A program made the position numbers and the translations under genes. Below, in pieces: positions 39,373 through 54,027 of a DNA stretch of 64,000 nucleotides. Source of the DNA: Octopus vulgaris (taxonomy: Eukaryota). The number at the start of each line of letters is the position of its first letter. The first letter of the stretch is position 1. Location: contig OX597822.1 of NCBI GenBank assembly GCA_951406725.2, forward strand, positions 83,700,001 through 83,764,000, in the 5' to 3' direction. The notes beneath the pieces are model-generated. The model was given only the letters and a program-made list of their open reading frames with translations, searched no databases and had not been told where the DNA came from.

Positions 39373-41244
39373 ATTCGCTAAACTATCGCTATGGTAGTAT
39401 TCGTTGTAGTGGTGGTGCTGTAAGGAAAGGTCAAATCATCCGCGAATTATTCACTGATTCTGCTGTTTAATGTAGTGAGACATATTGAGAGCCAAGGAAA
39501 TTTGTTCACTTCAGCGAATTAAATTTCTTCAAAGATATATTTGTTTAGCAAAATTCGAATTTCTTTTTATTAGAAGCAGCTCAGTAATGCAAACATAATT
39601 AGTATCACATAATTAATAGATGTGTGTTTCTAAACGCTTGTGGCTGCGCTACTTTGTCCCTTTAAAGAGTTATTGTGCTTCCAAAAGAAGAAAAAAAAAA
39701 GAAAACACAGTATAGTTCAAAGGTAGGCGAAACGAAGTCGCCCCAAATGTAAACGAGAATGTTTCGCAGTCTTTTCTTTTAGTTCTGGTCATCAGTGTCT
39801 TATACACGCCACACTTCCGAAACAAATCTGCAACGGAACCTCCCTTAGTCGAAATAATGCAGCTACGAACGTTTAACAGCAAACACTAATTAAATATATG
39901 ACTCTGATAATATTTTATTTTCATTTGTTTTGTTTCCATTTGATTTTTGTATGTTTTCCTTGTTTTTGTAAAAAGTTATAAATATCACATTTTAATTACA
40001 AGCTAATTCGTGTTAAAAGCAGCTTCAGAATTGCCAGGCAAAAGATTTATCTTTAAAGAAAATGATTGATATTAATATTGAGTAGAATTTAATTTTGAGG
40101 AGGTCTGTATTAAGAGGCGTTTATTAGCAGATTTTATTTGTTTCTATATTTGGAGTAGTTCATTAATGATGGTCGTTTTAGATAGATTAAATCTGAGAAA
40201 ACGATGCCCCAGCAATATCTGGAATGCTTTGAATCATATTACGGTTCATTCAGTGTTGATCCGGCGCTACAACAATGATTCGGTAAGCGATTTATTCTTA
40301 TTTTCGTCTAGTAGTCACTAGAGCACAAATAAAGGGAGAACATGTAAACCGATATTCGGTTGTACACAGCATGTACCGAATCAGCACACGCAAGTGTAGT
40401 AGTCTATGTAGCTAAATAGTTGAATGATCTCCCTTTACTAAGATTCTCGAGGCGTCTGTATCATGAGACGTGATTTTTAATTATTCAAGAAGCTTAGCGT
40501 TTCTCTTGGAAGTTTCTAGAATGTCTTGCGTTCCATTAATAAAAACAGCTTGCTAACCCTGCTCTTTGCTTCTTAGTTGATTAGACTTAGAGCTATTTAC
40601 GTCATTGCTACGTCCGTCTGTTTCTCTACGCTAAATGACTGAAAACTACCACTTAGCTGTTATTTCTACATATTCTATCTCTGAACTTTTTTGCATAGAA
40701 TACTTCATTCAACTAGATTCTGTCATCATCGACCACTAAAAAAAAATTCATGCAGTAAATATATAGTTCTTAACTTTATTATTCTTCTCTGCATGAACTC
40801 TTGTAATAATATGCAGGCAGCCGTATCAACACCTGGTACTGAATATATATCACCACTACAGAAGAATCAAAATCGGACAATGGGTGCCGGATAAATAGCA
40901 CCGTTCAAACAGCGTCTTTTCACTAGTAATATGTAATTGCACCAAGATTAGTATTTCTAATGTTTCTTTCAATTATACATATATGAAATTGTTTCTCTCA
41001 TTATTTTCATATTCATTATTTTCTTGTATCGCCAATTGTTAAATTCTAATATCTTGGTTTTCAATTACATCTTCTCCTCTCTCCAATTAGTTCTTCAAGA
41101 TTTTAGTGGCGTTTCCTTCCAGCTGTTAAGTCAACATCAAGACAGTCACTGTATTTAATATCTATTGATATCCCGTGTTTTTTTTGTTGCGACACCCTTC
41201 CCTCCAATTTCAAAATAAATAATTAGGGAAGATAAATAATTATT

Positions 41245-41452
41245 TCGAATTTTGGTGCAAGACCAGCAAGTTCAGGGGAGGGTTAAGTCGATTATATCGA
41301 CCCCAGTGCTTAACTGGTACTTATTTTATTGACTCCGAAATGATAAAAAGTAAAGTCAACTTCGGTGGAATTTGAACTCAGAACGTAAAGATGAACGAAA
41401 TGCTGCTAAGCACTTTGTCCGGCGTGCTAACGACTCTGCTATATTGCCGTCC
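41245..41452 (-). mobile_element. SINE family 1
   Basis: Reverse-complement similarity; flanking duplication AGGGAAGATAA at both ends. Confidence 0.8.
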
Positions 41453-42106
41453 AAGGGAAGATAACTAATAAATATTCAGATAACATCAGATTCCTTTTCA
41501 ATAACATGTGTTTTGGTTTTCCGGTTGTAAATTGCATTCTACTAACGATTCTCAACCATTGCTTTTAGTTGTTATTGAAAAGTAGTGAAGAGAAACATCT
41601 CCTCATACTGGTAGTTAGAGCATTTTTGCCGATTTGTCAGGTATCAATGTTCTTGTCCATTTCATGTATGCATCATAGTCCGTATCTCTAAACTTAATAT
41701 CCCTATATTTCATGAGCTTCCAATAAATCATCCATCAGAATAAAAACGCAAAAATCACCAAATACCATCCAAGGAACTCATCTTCCTATAAATGATATTC
41801 ATAACAATATTCCCACCATTATATTTATTATAACTATCTCGCACTTTTCTCGCACTTTCCTATCTGCAGTAACTACCACTATTGTGAATGAACTAAATAA
41901 TTACATTTATTTCTTCAATGTTGATATAACACTTATTCCTCCATTATTCTGTACAAGATATGTCGCTGTTCAATTCCATCTAGAAATTTCGATGTTTTGC
42001 CGTTCAGTAAATTGTTTTCATATTCGTATTCGCCACTCACTTCTCCCCACTTCCCCAAAGGTTTCCTTCCACGTTGACCATTCATTTAGATTCCACTCAT
42101 TAATTG

Positions 42107-42468
42107 TGGAAGCGCAATGGCCCAATGGTTAGGGCAACGAACTCGCGGTCTTGGGATCGCGGTTCCGATTCCCAGACCGGGCGTTGTGAGTGTTTCTTGA
42201 GCGAAAACACCAAAAGCTCTACGAGGCTCCGGCAGGGAGTGGTGGCGAACCTTGCTGTATTCTTTCACCACAACTTCCTCTCACTCTTTCTTCCTGTTTC
42301 TGTTTTACCTGTATTTCAAAGGGCCAGATATATCACGCTGAATCTCCTCGAGAACTATGTTAACGGTACACGTGTCAGTGGAGTGCTCAGCCACATACAC
42401 GAGCAGGCTGTTCCGTTGATCGGATCAACTGGGACCTTCGTCGTCGTAAATGACGGAGTGCCACGACG
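42107..42468 (+). mobile_element. tRNA-derived SINE, family 3
   Basis: A-box TGGCCCAATGG, B-box GGTTCCGATTCCC; TSD ACTCATTAATT at 42095-42105 and 42469-42479. Confidence 0.9.
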
Positions 42469-42599
42469 ACTCATTAATTATTGTCCATATTAAAGAATAT
42501 ATTTCAATTTAAAACAATTTCATTCAAATTAAAAGCAGATTTTTTCTGCGTTTTGTCTTAGGGTGTGTCTCTATCAGTTTCGGGTGTTGTCTTTATCAT

Positions 42600-43045
42600 T
42601 TACTTGATTCATTCATAGGATTGCGGCCATGCTGGGGCACCGCTTTGGAGGCTTTAGCCTGGCGAGTTGAACTCGTAATTATTTTTAAGCCTCGTACTTA
42701 TTCTATCTATCGTATCCTTTGCCAAACCACTAAGTTTCGAGGACGTAAACAAACCAACACCGGTTGTCAAACATTGTTGGGGAGACAGTCAAAGGCACTC
42801 ATACAATCGACTTAATCCGTCTGTCTGTCCTAGTTTGTCTCCTCTGTATTTAGCCCCTTGTGGGTAGTAAAGAAATAGGCATTTCGTCTGCCGCTACGTT
42901 TTGAGTTCAAATTCCACCGAGCTCGACTTTGCCTTTCATCCTATCAGAGATCGATGAACTGAGTATCAGTTGTGCACTGGGGTTCGATATAATCGACTTG
43001 ACCACTTATCCAAAATTTCTGCCCTTGTGACAAAATTTGAAGCCA
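42600..43045. mobile_element. SINE family-2 tail (minus, 42600-42790) then family-1 tail A plus headless unit (plus, 42805-43045)
   Basis: Junction AAAGAAATAG|GCATTTCG at 42879. Confidence 0.75.
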
Positions 43046-43357
43046 TTACTGCTAGCTGATCAAGCAAACATGCAGAGGCTTCTACGTTTAAGTGCTCGCA
43101 TCAGATTGGAAGACAGCGAGGGAGAATATTTCATTCAGTTCAAATTAATTACATCGAAATTAACAAACACAAGAGGACTTTCTTAGAAAATGTCAATTTA
43201 CTTGTCATGGTGCTTATGTTCGTGGCACCACTTACTCTCAGCAAGTTAATGCACGTGGGAGATAGCCATATGGGACACACTGATGATCGATACATATGCA
43301 CGCGCGCACACACATGTATATATGTATGTATAAACAAATACACATACATATATATAT

Positions 43358-43417
<60 letters not shown>

Positions 43418-43487
43418 ATCTACAATGTAAATAGAGAGCAGAATTTTTGAAAGATTTATTTCACCTTCTTTTGATATTTGCTGGTCG

Positions 43488-43701
43488 AAGGCAGCGAGCT
43501 GGCAGAAACGTTAGCACGCCGAGCGAAATGCTTAGCAGTATTTCGTCTGACTTTATGTTCTGAGTTCAAATTCCGCCGAAGTCGACATTGCCTTTCATCC
43601 TTTCGGGGTTGATAAATTAAGTACCAGTTGCGTAATGGGGTCGATCTAATTGACTGGCCCCCTCCCCAAAAATTTCGGGCCTTGTGCCTAGAGTAGAAGA
43701 G
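43488..43701 (+). mobile_element. SINE family 1, tail B, full length
   Basis: Imperfect TSD GATATT..CTGGTCG on both sides. Confidence 0.9.
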
Positions 43702-44025
43702 GATATTATCTGGTCGTAATAAGCGGTTTCCTTGAAACTGTTCTGTCATTATAACCAAGTTGATGGAGGTACTTCACAGAGGTACCTCGACTCATTATGG
43801 AATAGCTATGCAGCCTTACAACACGGATTATTTTCAACAGTCCGCTTGATAGCTGTCAGAAGGTTCGGATGGGTGTAAACGAGAGATGTTGAGTCTTCTC
43901 TTTTGCTGGTGAATTTTACAATCACACTGATAACTGTGACAAGATAAATCCGAAGAATCCTCCGCTGGCTAAGTCCACCTTCAGTTTGACCCACAGTGGC
44001 TTCTCTTTGAAACTCAGGTAACCCT

Positions 44026-44185
44026 TTTCTTTTCTACTCTAGGCATAAGGCCCGAAATTTGGGGCCGGGGGTGGGGCAGTCGATTATATCGACCTCAGTA
44101 CACGACTGGTAATGAATTTATCGACCCCGAAAGAATGAAAGGCAAAGTCGACCTCGGTGGCATTTCAACTCAGAACGTAGAGACA
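44026..44185 (-). mobile_element. SINE family 1, tail B, 5'-truncated
   Basis: Reverse-complement similarity to 43488-43701. Confidence 0.85.
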
Positions 44186-44344
44186 GAGAAAAATCTCACA
44201 ACTCTTTTGCTTCAGGAGTTCGCGGTATGTGTACTTGCTATAATCAATTGATATGCTGCTCTCAGATGTGAAAAATAATAAAACATTAATAAGTTTGAAG
44301 CACCAAGTAGAGGCGACACAGAAAGGAAACAATAAAAGGAATGA

Positions 44345-45290
44345 TGACGGGTACCGGATTCGTTGCCTCACATGCAAGGGGAACTATATTGGTGAAACCA
44401 ATAGTTTCCTTTGCCAACGCGCAAGAATCCACAGGCAACGAATCCAAGAGGAACTAACGGAAAAATCCACTGAGCAAATATTTGGAAATATGTGGAATGA
44501 AAATTCAAGATCTTCTCTTTCAATAAGTGCTCAATGAAAGACCCAAACTTCCGAAAGGCAATGGAACTATATTTCATAAAATAGTCCTCAACAGAAATTA
44601 AACGGTTGAAAAAAACTACATCAATATAACTATACTTCCTTAAAAATATTTCTTTCAAAAACAGCCATATACAGCTAAATCAATCAAAAACAACATCAGG
44701 AATTTTAATAAAAAAATTTGACCACTTCCATACAACCAACCTTGGGATGTAATTATAATTCTTACGGGAGAAAATCAAAAGCAACATCTGATTTCCAATT
44801 AAAACCTTTAAACACTTGAATACAAAAATTCCTTTTCACCCCACCCAAAAGGTTATTAAGTGGAAAGAAAACACAATCAAACAAGTCTGACTACACTGAT
44901 ACAAAAGCCACGCCTCCTTTACATCTCCCTCCCTTTCAAACTTTTGCCTCTTTCTTGTCCCTTACTTCACAAACCTCTACAGCACACTGCTTCTACTTTC
45001 TCTTCTCTTTTCTATCTTCACTATCTCCCACTCTCTCCTCCTCGCTCACCCCTGTACCTTTCTTTCTAATTTGTTCTCCCCATTCCCTCTCTCCCTCTCC
45101 CCATTTCTAAAATGTCATGAGTTTCAATTTTACATAAAAAGGCGAAGCAAACTGACTGTAAACCACTTTTTTGATAAATCCGATAACGGAAGAAAGCGCT
45201 AAAAAAATATAAATAAGAATATATATAATCATCAACATTCTCACTGCCTTGCTACCTTGTACAAATGTACATCACTTCAAAAACTCTCTC
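44345..45290 (+). mobile_element. Penelope-like element: GIY-YIG relic (44345-44610) plus CT-rich 3' region ending at (CA)n(TA)n
   Basis: YRIRCLTCKGNYIGETNSFLCQRARIHRQRI and FRKAMELYFIK. Confidence 0.7.
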
Positions 45291-45291
45291 T

Positions 45292-45374
<83 letters not shown>

Positions 45375-45408
45375 TACATATATATACATATATATATACA
45401 TATATATA

Positions 45409-45442
<34 letters not shown>

Positions 45443-45830
45443 TTATACAAAGAGTGACAGACAGACATACAGTGTGTATTTTACAGATTAATGTGTGTCT
45501 GTGAGTGTGTTTGTGCGTGTTTGTGTGTTCTTGAAAAAAATATATATGGATTCGCTTAAGACTATCGTACATGTTTGTTAGTAAATCTGGAGATATGTAG
45601 ACGTAGGGGTTTAATAATCAAATTTGTTAGAATTCGTACATGACGCTGCACATGCTAACATATAAATTCGCACGTACATACATATAAACATACATACATA
45701 TAGAGTTAGATATACACTAATAAATACACACATTCATAAATACACATAGTCATGCGTAAGTATATATATCTATGTATATAAATATATATGTTATATCACA
45801 TCATGTGATATATATATGTTTGTGTTTCTC

Positions 45831-45866
<36 letters not shown>

Positions 45867-45994
45867 TGTATATGTGTCTGTGTGTGTGTGTGAAGAACAA
45901 AACAAATGGTGCTTTAAATTTACTGTGGCTGTTTCGATAAAATTTTATTGATGTATTCGTAAATTCCATCGTGGCATAAATCCACCATCACTAG

Positions 45995-46043
<49 letters not shown>

Positions 46044-46044
46044 T

Positions 46045-46362
46045 TGCACTCCGTCGGTTACGACGACGAGAGTCCCATCTGATACGATGAACGGAACAGC
46101 CTGCTCGTGAAATTAACGTACAAGTGGCTGAGCACTCCACAAACACATGTACCCATAACGTAGTTCTCGGGGAGATTCAGCGTGACACAGAGTGTGATAA
46201 GGCTGTCCCTTTGAAATATAGGTATTACTCATTTTTGCCAGCTGAGTGAACTGGAGCAACGTGAAATAAAGTGTCTTGCTCAAGGACACAACGCGTCGCC
46301 CGGAATTGAACACGTGACCTTACGATCGTGAACCAAGTGCCGTAGCTATTAACCCATGCGCC
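46045..46362 (-). mobile_element. SINE with family-4 head/core and family-3 tail
   Basis: Core matches 8470-8540; tail matches 42310-42463. Confidence 0.85.
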
Positions 46363-46564
46363 TTTATCTACTTATATATATATATATATATACGTCGGGA
46401 TTCCACACAGTTTCCGTTTACTAAATCTGCTAACAGATCATTGGTAAGCCTGGGTCCATAGTAGAATACATTTACGTAAGGTGACACGTAGCAGGATTGA
46501 ACTTGAAACTATGCAAAGCGAGTTCCTATTCCGGTAATGGTTCTTCCTATGGATATTTACCCAG

Positions 46565-46565
<1 letters not shown>

Positions 46566-46607
<42 letters not shown>

Positions 46608-46620
46608 TAGACAGACAGAC

Positions 46621-46685
<65 letters not shown>

Positions 46686-46736
46686 TAGAGAGAGAGATAG
46701 AGAGATAGAAAGATAGAGAGATAGAGAGATAGATAA

Positions 46737-46805
<69 letters not shown>

Positions 46806-46830
46806 GAGATAGAGAGCGAGAGAGAGAGAT
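46566..46830. repeat. (CA)n/(GATA)n compound microsatellite
   Basis: Direct. Confidence 0.95.
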
Positions 46831-47104
46831 TACAACATAGAGATCCACATCGCATACATCGTTGATTTATGTAATTAAATTTATGTGACAAGGGTTATAA
46901 TGATTTATGTGACAATGATTAAAGGCATAAGGAAATTACAATGATCTTGTCAACAACAATGCTATGTTAATGTGTGCACACTCCTGCTGTTTAAATATCT
47001 TAGGAGAAACTGACAATTTCAAGTCGTAGATATTAAATCAACTTTATACTGACATCGCTTGCACTTTAATAAACATTCTATCTAATATATTTTCATAACG
47101 CCAA

Positions 47105-47282
47105 GTCGGTAAGTTGGCAGAAACGTTAGCAGTCTCGGTAAAATTCTTAGTCATCATGTTCTGGGTTCAAATTTCTCCGAGGGGCCAACATCCCCTTTTA
47201 TTCTTTTGTAGTCGATAAAAGAAGTACCAATCGACTTACCCCTCTGAAATTGCTGGACTCGTGCCAAAATTAGAAATCAATA
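47105..47282 (+). mobile_element. SINE family 1, degenerate
   Basis: TGGCAGAAACGTTAGCA...GGTTCAAATT...GTCGATAAAAGAAGTACC. Confidence 0.7.
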
Positions 47283-48381
47283 TCTTGTCATCAAGAATGT
47301 ATTTAAATGAATACCAGCGAGTGCTTACACATTCATGCACACTCACATTTTCACAGACTGCCACTCAATAACAGACACAGTGAATCGACAAACACACATG
47401 TGATATGAATACGCCGATGCTTTTAACTGTCCATGCATGTCGCCTTAAATTTGAAAGAGACGTTCACTGCAACTCGTCTATTAGCTTAAAGCATGGCATT
47501 CATAAGCAATAATTTTTGTTTGAAGGAAATATCATTTTGATGCATGTGACATTTGATTATAAGCAAAATGTTAGCATTATTATATAATTGTCTCTTTAGC
47601 TAAGTATCATGGCGTTCTTGTCTTCCTACACTCAACATGAAACTAATTAGTCTGACTTATGAACAGGCGTTTATCTCGACATGCTTGCACATGATTTTAT
47701 ATCGTATTTCACTACATGGTAGGAATTTTTCACCATAAAAATGAATCAATATCTGATTGTGGTGGTTGTGGTGGTTGTGGTGGTGGAGGTGGTGGTGGTG
47801 GCGGCGGCAGCGGTAGTGAATAAGGCGTGATCAAGGACATCTTTGCTGTGATGTCTAAGATATCTAAGATTACACTATCTAATGTGCCGTTTAATTTTTT
47901 CTAAGACTGTAGGACATGATCGAACTCAGATTTAGTTGCTATTTCTTGTAAATCTAGTGATCACATTAGGCTTCCTCGTTGACTCGTATAATGTGTCATC
48001 TTAGTTACAATAGGTGGGTAACTACATTTAATGCCTGCAGCATTAAAATGCTGACTAGAAATAATTAGATCTAGTTAATTGTGATATGACATTCTAACGC
48101 ATCTTGATTCCATATGTTCCATTGTCCAAATCTTCTGACATGCTGTGATTGTTTTCATCTAATTAATTCTAAACTAAAATCAAATAATTCTTCAAAGTCA
48201 TTCTTGAGTAAAGAAAAAGTTCAAATGAAGATTCATAACTCATAATTAGAAAATGTGAGCTAAGGGAGATAACTTAAATAGGTCAATGACATGTAAATTA
48301 GTTACTTCAAACAGTTGGTGGTTACACTCGATGTGGCACACGCACATAAACACACACTCGCGTAAACACGTATTCATATAA

Positions 48382-48442
<61 letters not shown>

Positions 48443-48599
48443 TGCATACATACAAATTCTCAGCACATTGAAATTTGCCATTTTGTTAGAGAATGGAAAC
48501 AAAATTCTTGCAGTAATTACCATTACTTCTCAAAGACCAGCAAAAGTTGTATTCTCTGAAGTTAAAAGACATTGTCCTAGGAATGGTGGTGGTTAGTAA

Positions 48600-49600
48600 T
48601 ACTTATGGACCGGTTTCGACTTTCTGAGATCTAATCGTATTCTCAAGTTTGTTCAATAAGTGAAGAATATGACCTTTGACATGTTTTCACAGTTGCATCC
48701 TAATTGAAGGGATTAGCAAGCGGTTATGAAAAGAATACGCTGGGATATAATCATGTATATCACAGCAATATTGAAATTATTAATTGTGAGAATAATGAGA
48801 CGTATTTTTATAATGATCTGATGTAGAGCTAGGGTCTGTAATCATAATGTTCGAAGGGTATACGAAGTAGGCTTCGTGGTCTTCAACAGCTATGAGAAGA
48901 CTGCTGTAGGAAAACATGTGCAACAAAATTACTTCCATAGATATGGAGTTTTGATGAAGAGAAATGGAACATAGTGGTTAGTATGAGGCTTAAAATGGCA
49001 AATATAATTTCAGTAGCGAGGTGGGAAGAAACGAGTGGATTTTGGGGCAGTTGGCAGGAGAAAAATCAGCTCCGAGGATCAAACACTAATTGCAAATCTA
49101 GAAGAAAGCACATTTGTGGGCTGAAGATTGGGGTGCGTTAGTGAGTGAGATCATGCCTGTCATTTAAGGATCCTTTTTCTTGATGTATTGTAGGATGTCC
49201 AGTATACAGCAACAGTAAAAGTTTGAAACCAAATTCATTGGCGGTCTCGATGGAGCTTTGCAAACATTTAGTAGCAGTCAAGGTTGAAACAATCTTCTGA
49301 CTGTAAACAAGAGGTTTTCTTTACCTATAGTATTGTCGTGCCACGTGTCTGAAATGGCCCTTGGAGCGAAAACATCGGCGATATGAGGCATTGCATTTGT
49401 AACAACATTGGCGGTTTCGATTGTGTGCCGTCCACGAACAAGGGTGTTCAAGAATCAGTAAGCTCCTGCGTTATATGTAGGGGCTCTGGCAGTGCGTTTT
49501 AAACAAGACCAGAATCACTACATCATGAAAGGATCCCATAAGAGAATAATATTTTCCGGGAGAGGGCAGGCTTGACTAAAGGTTAATGTTACAAAAGGGA
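48600..49600 (-). mobile_element. Possible highly decayed Penelope-like element
   Basis: Weak GIY-YIG-like reading (VSTLTATKCLQSSIETAN) near 49240-49300 and a downstream GAAACCGGTC hammerhead half-motif at about 48608-48617. Confidence 0.35.
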
Positions 49601-50014
49601 AGGACACAAAGTAGAATGCGGATATTCTTTGGAATATAATGGAATGGTGGTAGGTGGTCATATTTGGAAAGCTTTCATGATATATCTAGTTTATCAGACC
49701 TGGTGTGAGGTGCAGAAACATTGTCGTTAAACGTACTGTATAGAATATAAATGAAGTGAGTAGTGTGTGTCAAATTCGGCGCGGATTAAAAACTTATGTA
49801 AAGACAATCAGAACAGGTCAGATTTGATAATATAAAATCTGAGTCTGTTATATTCTGAATTGAACTAATTGATTGTCATCAGTGATTTGAAGAGAGTCGA
49901 TGCATGCTTCAGACATTAAGCTATGTTCTGTGTAGCTTGAGTGATTGCCTAGCAAATGGAAAAGAGCTTGTGTCTGTTAATAGTTGTGGCAGCTGATACA
50001 TCAAAATGTGTGTT

Positions 50015-50080
<66 letters not shown>

Positions 50081-50337
50081 TGTAGTGTGTATGAGTGAGT
50101 GTGTGTGTGTGTATGTCTGTGTGTGTGTGAGTGTCTGTGCCTGTGTAAAGACATATGACGTGAGAAACAAAGTGAAAGCGAAATAGAAGTAGAAGACGAT
50201 AGAGATATAAAGAGAGAGAGAGAGGCAGAGAGACAGAGAATGGGAGGGAGAGAATACTATATTTCCTATTTCAGTATAATAGTTAACTTTAATCAAAATT
50301 AGACAATCTTGGTAACTTTAATCAGAGATTAATTTAA

Positions 50338-50630
50338 AGCTGCGGGTTGGTAGAATCATTAACACACTGGCGAGCGAAATGCTTCACGGTATTTCGTGTC
50401 TTTACGTTTTGAGATCAAATTCCGCCGAAGTGGACTTTGCCTTTCATCCTTTCGGGTCAATAAAATACTGGGGTCGATGTAATTGACTCACCCCTCCCCC
50501 AAAAGTGCTGCCCTTGTGGCAAAATTTGTAGCCATTATTACTATTATTATAATTTGGGCGGTGAGCTGGCAGAATCGTTACCGCGCAAGTCAAAATACTT
50601 AGTGGTGTTATGCCAAAGTTTGAATCAAAT
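50338..50630 (+). mobile_element. Two SINE family-1 copies (50338-50535; deleted copy 50557-50630)
   Basis: Head/core similarity. Confidence 0.75.
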
Positions 50631-50919
50631 AATCATAGATCAATTCAAAGAAACGCTTCACTGGAAACAAAAAACAGACCTGAGCCAACTAGGGATCCTT
50701 TAAATGATGGATCGAACTGCTGGTCATAGCGACCAAATCTTCCTGAAAACATGAAGGATACATAATTGCTGAATTTTTTCTTCAGAATATAGAGGAATCG
50801 TTTGGAATGGTGTTCTACTGATACTATTTCTGATGTAAAAGTAAGAGATAACGACCACAGCGCCTTTGTCCAGAGGCGGCTTGCTCAATTACGGTAGATC
50901 TGGAGCTAATCAACAATGG

Positions 50920-50968
<49 letters not shown>

Positions 50969-52450
50969 GTCTTTAAAGCAAAACAATACAGTATCGTTAA
51001 TATTTTTATTCATTTCAAAATAACAAATGTGCATCATACTTAAAGCAGATGCATCTTTGAAAGCCTCACAAACTTTGATAGTGGTCTCGAGATCGCATCT
51101 CCTACAGACGTATAGGGTTAAATAACTCATACTTACAATCAATCAACGGAAATAGCTGAAGCTGTTAGACGGCATGTCATTTAAGATTCGGGGTAGCTGG
51201 TGATATATTGACTGCTGTAGAAGGAATCTTCATGAATTGAATTTTCCTGCTTAGTTAAAGGAAGTAAGCAAAAATCAAGCAGTCGTTGTTTTCATCTTTA
51301 CCACTCTGCCAGAGAGAGAGAACGCCAGTAGATGAGTGAGACGAAGAGAGGTCATCATCTTCAAACTGGAAACATGGTCTGAATGCCTGCTCCAAAGTGA
51401 ACCGCGCCGACGGCACCTAAGTATCATGCAGCGGAGTTAAGTTTGGTAATGGATTCCACACAGAAATTCTAACAAATAGAAATAATTTGAAGTAATTAAT
51501 TTTTAATTTCAGAAAAAAGCTATTAATTATGAGGTGACATTTGATCTTTGTTAGCAGAATAATTGTCAATTACTGACATATCTCGCTTTTATGAGGCCTT
51601 GCCTGATGAACCATTTTCAGTAACAAATTTCGAAGACAAATGAATGACGCCATTGTAATTGATGAAACTTATGTTATTTTTTTAAAATCAAATATTAGAA
51701 ATATTTATGAAAGGGGTACAAATTGATATATGTTACATTACTAGCATTATTCCTCGCCATTTTTTATATCTAAAATGCAAATAATCACATAAACTCTCAA
51801 TATATTTTTTTATTATTTTGTTTTGTTTGTTTCGGTCATTGGACTGCAGCCATGTTTTGGCATCATCTTGAAGCGTTTAGTCGAACAAATCAATTCCATT
51901 ACCTCTAAATTAAATTAGTACTTTGAAAAATTCTATTCACAAGACTTAAGTAAGCCCGGAGATGTAATAAAAACACATGCCCAAGGTACCGCAAGACCAC
52001 AAGGTTGAGAAGCAAGCTTCTTAGCCACACGGTCACGCCTGGATAAATTGCTTTATTGAATACTGACACCCTTTATTCGGTACAGACCTGTTGATTCATT
52101 CACAAGTTTCATGCTCGCAGTTCAGACAATAAATTAAACATCACCTGCAGAATGTGCAATATGAAACATGTACAGAAATGAAAAACAATTACGTTTTTCT
52201 TTTCGGGGGGCGGGCTTTCATTTTCCAAAATATTGTAAGAATTTATCCAATAACTGTAAATATTTCCCTAACCAGAAGTTTTCCTGAGGCTTGGATCTAA
52301 GGGATATTCTTCGCTTTTCGGTCATAATGTAAAACGAGCAAGATTTACAGAGTTGCAGATCCCATGCCACCCACCTTCATAAGATCTGTCTGGACATCAA
52401 ATATAAGCTATGCTACTGCGAAACTATAGCTTCCACTGTTTCACACCTCA

Positions 52451-52764
52451 TGGCACTCCGTCAGTTACAACGACGAGGGTTCCAGTTGATCCGATCAGCC
52501 TGCTCGTGAAATTAACGTGCAAGTGGCTGAGCACTCCATGGAAACGTGAACCCATAACGTAGTTCTCGGGGAGATTCAGCGGGACATAGAGGGTGACAGG
52601 GCTGGCCCCTTCGAAATACAGAGACAGGGAGAAAGAGTGAGAGAAAGTTGTGGAGCTTTAGGTGATTTCGGTCAATAAACACTCACAACGCCTGGTCTGG
52701 GGATTGAAACCGCGATCCCATGACCGCGAGTCGGCTGCTCTAACCACTGGGCCATTGCGCTTCC
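52451..52764 (-). mobile_element. SINE family 3
   Basis: Reverse complement of 42107-42463; TSD TTCACACCT. Confidence 0.9.
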
Positions 52765-53162
52765 GGTTCACACCTATATGACATATATTCCTGAGGCCGT
52801 AATTAACTTTGCTTTATATTGTTCTAGCCGTCCTTCGAATACAGCACTACTGAAAAAGAATTTGTACTGCCAAACAACATTGATTCTTTCCGACATAAAT
52901 TTCCATGTCCTTTCGTTACAAACCATAGTAAATTTGTGTCATTTTCTTTGTATTCGTGCAGCGTCCATACACCAATAGTTGCGTCTGCAGTGATAACTCA
53001 TTATGCAGTCATGTTTTTACCGTGAACAGAGTATTTTATTTTACTGTTTGTTGAGAATTGACTCTCCATAACTAACTTCAGAATTCCTTTCACTTTTTTC
53101 TATACTTACACACATAAGAAACAAACACTCTCATACACCCACACACCCATGTACGTACGCAA

Positions 53163-53209
<47 letters not shown>

Positions 53210-53212
53210 CAT

Positions 53213-53275
<63 letters not shown>

Positions 53276-53712
53276 TTATAATAGTAAGGAATATAATAAT
53301 ATAATATAATATTTATTATATTATATTTAAATTATTTCTATATGGTATAGATTGTCTTTCACTATTGAATTGCTTAAAAGGGGTTATTCTATTAATTAGA
53401 TATATAAACTTTGTTTTCGTTATTTCTTCCTTCTGTTTTGCATATGTGAATTACAGGGATATGTCGTATGTGGAGTCTTATTTGTAGAAAATAGAAATAA
53501 ACAGTCTTTGACTGCAATTTCTAATTTTTTCGGTATGTGGCTAAGCAACCTGTTGCCTGCCTTTTTTATGTATATACAAAATATTTATTGAACTTTTATA
53601 GAAGTTCCTACCGTTAATGGTTATATTTGCAAGCCGAAATCTACCAGTAAATAATTGTTGTTTTTTTTAAAAACCATTAAAGCTATTATTTACTCTTATT
53701 ATATTACTAATT

Positions 53713-53769
<57 letters not shown>

Positions 53770-53899
53770 GTATATGTATATATATATTTATGTATGTATA
53801 TATCTATGTATCTATGTATGTATATTTCGTACAGGACATCACCAATGTTTCAAACAACAAGAAAAATGGAGAACAGGACAAATAAACGCATTTTGAGCA

Positions 53900-53962
<63 letters not shown>

Positions 53963-53969
53963 ATATAGT

Positions 53970-54027
<58 letters not shown>

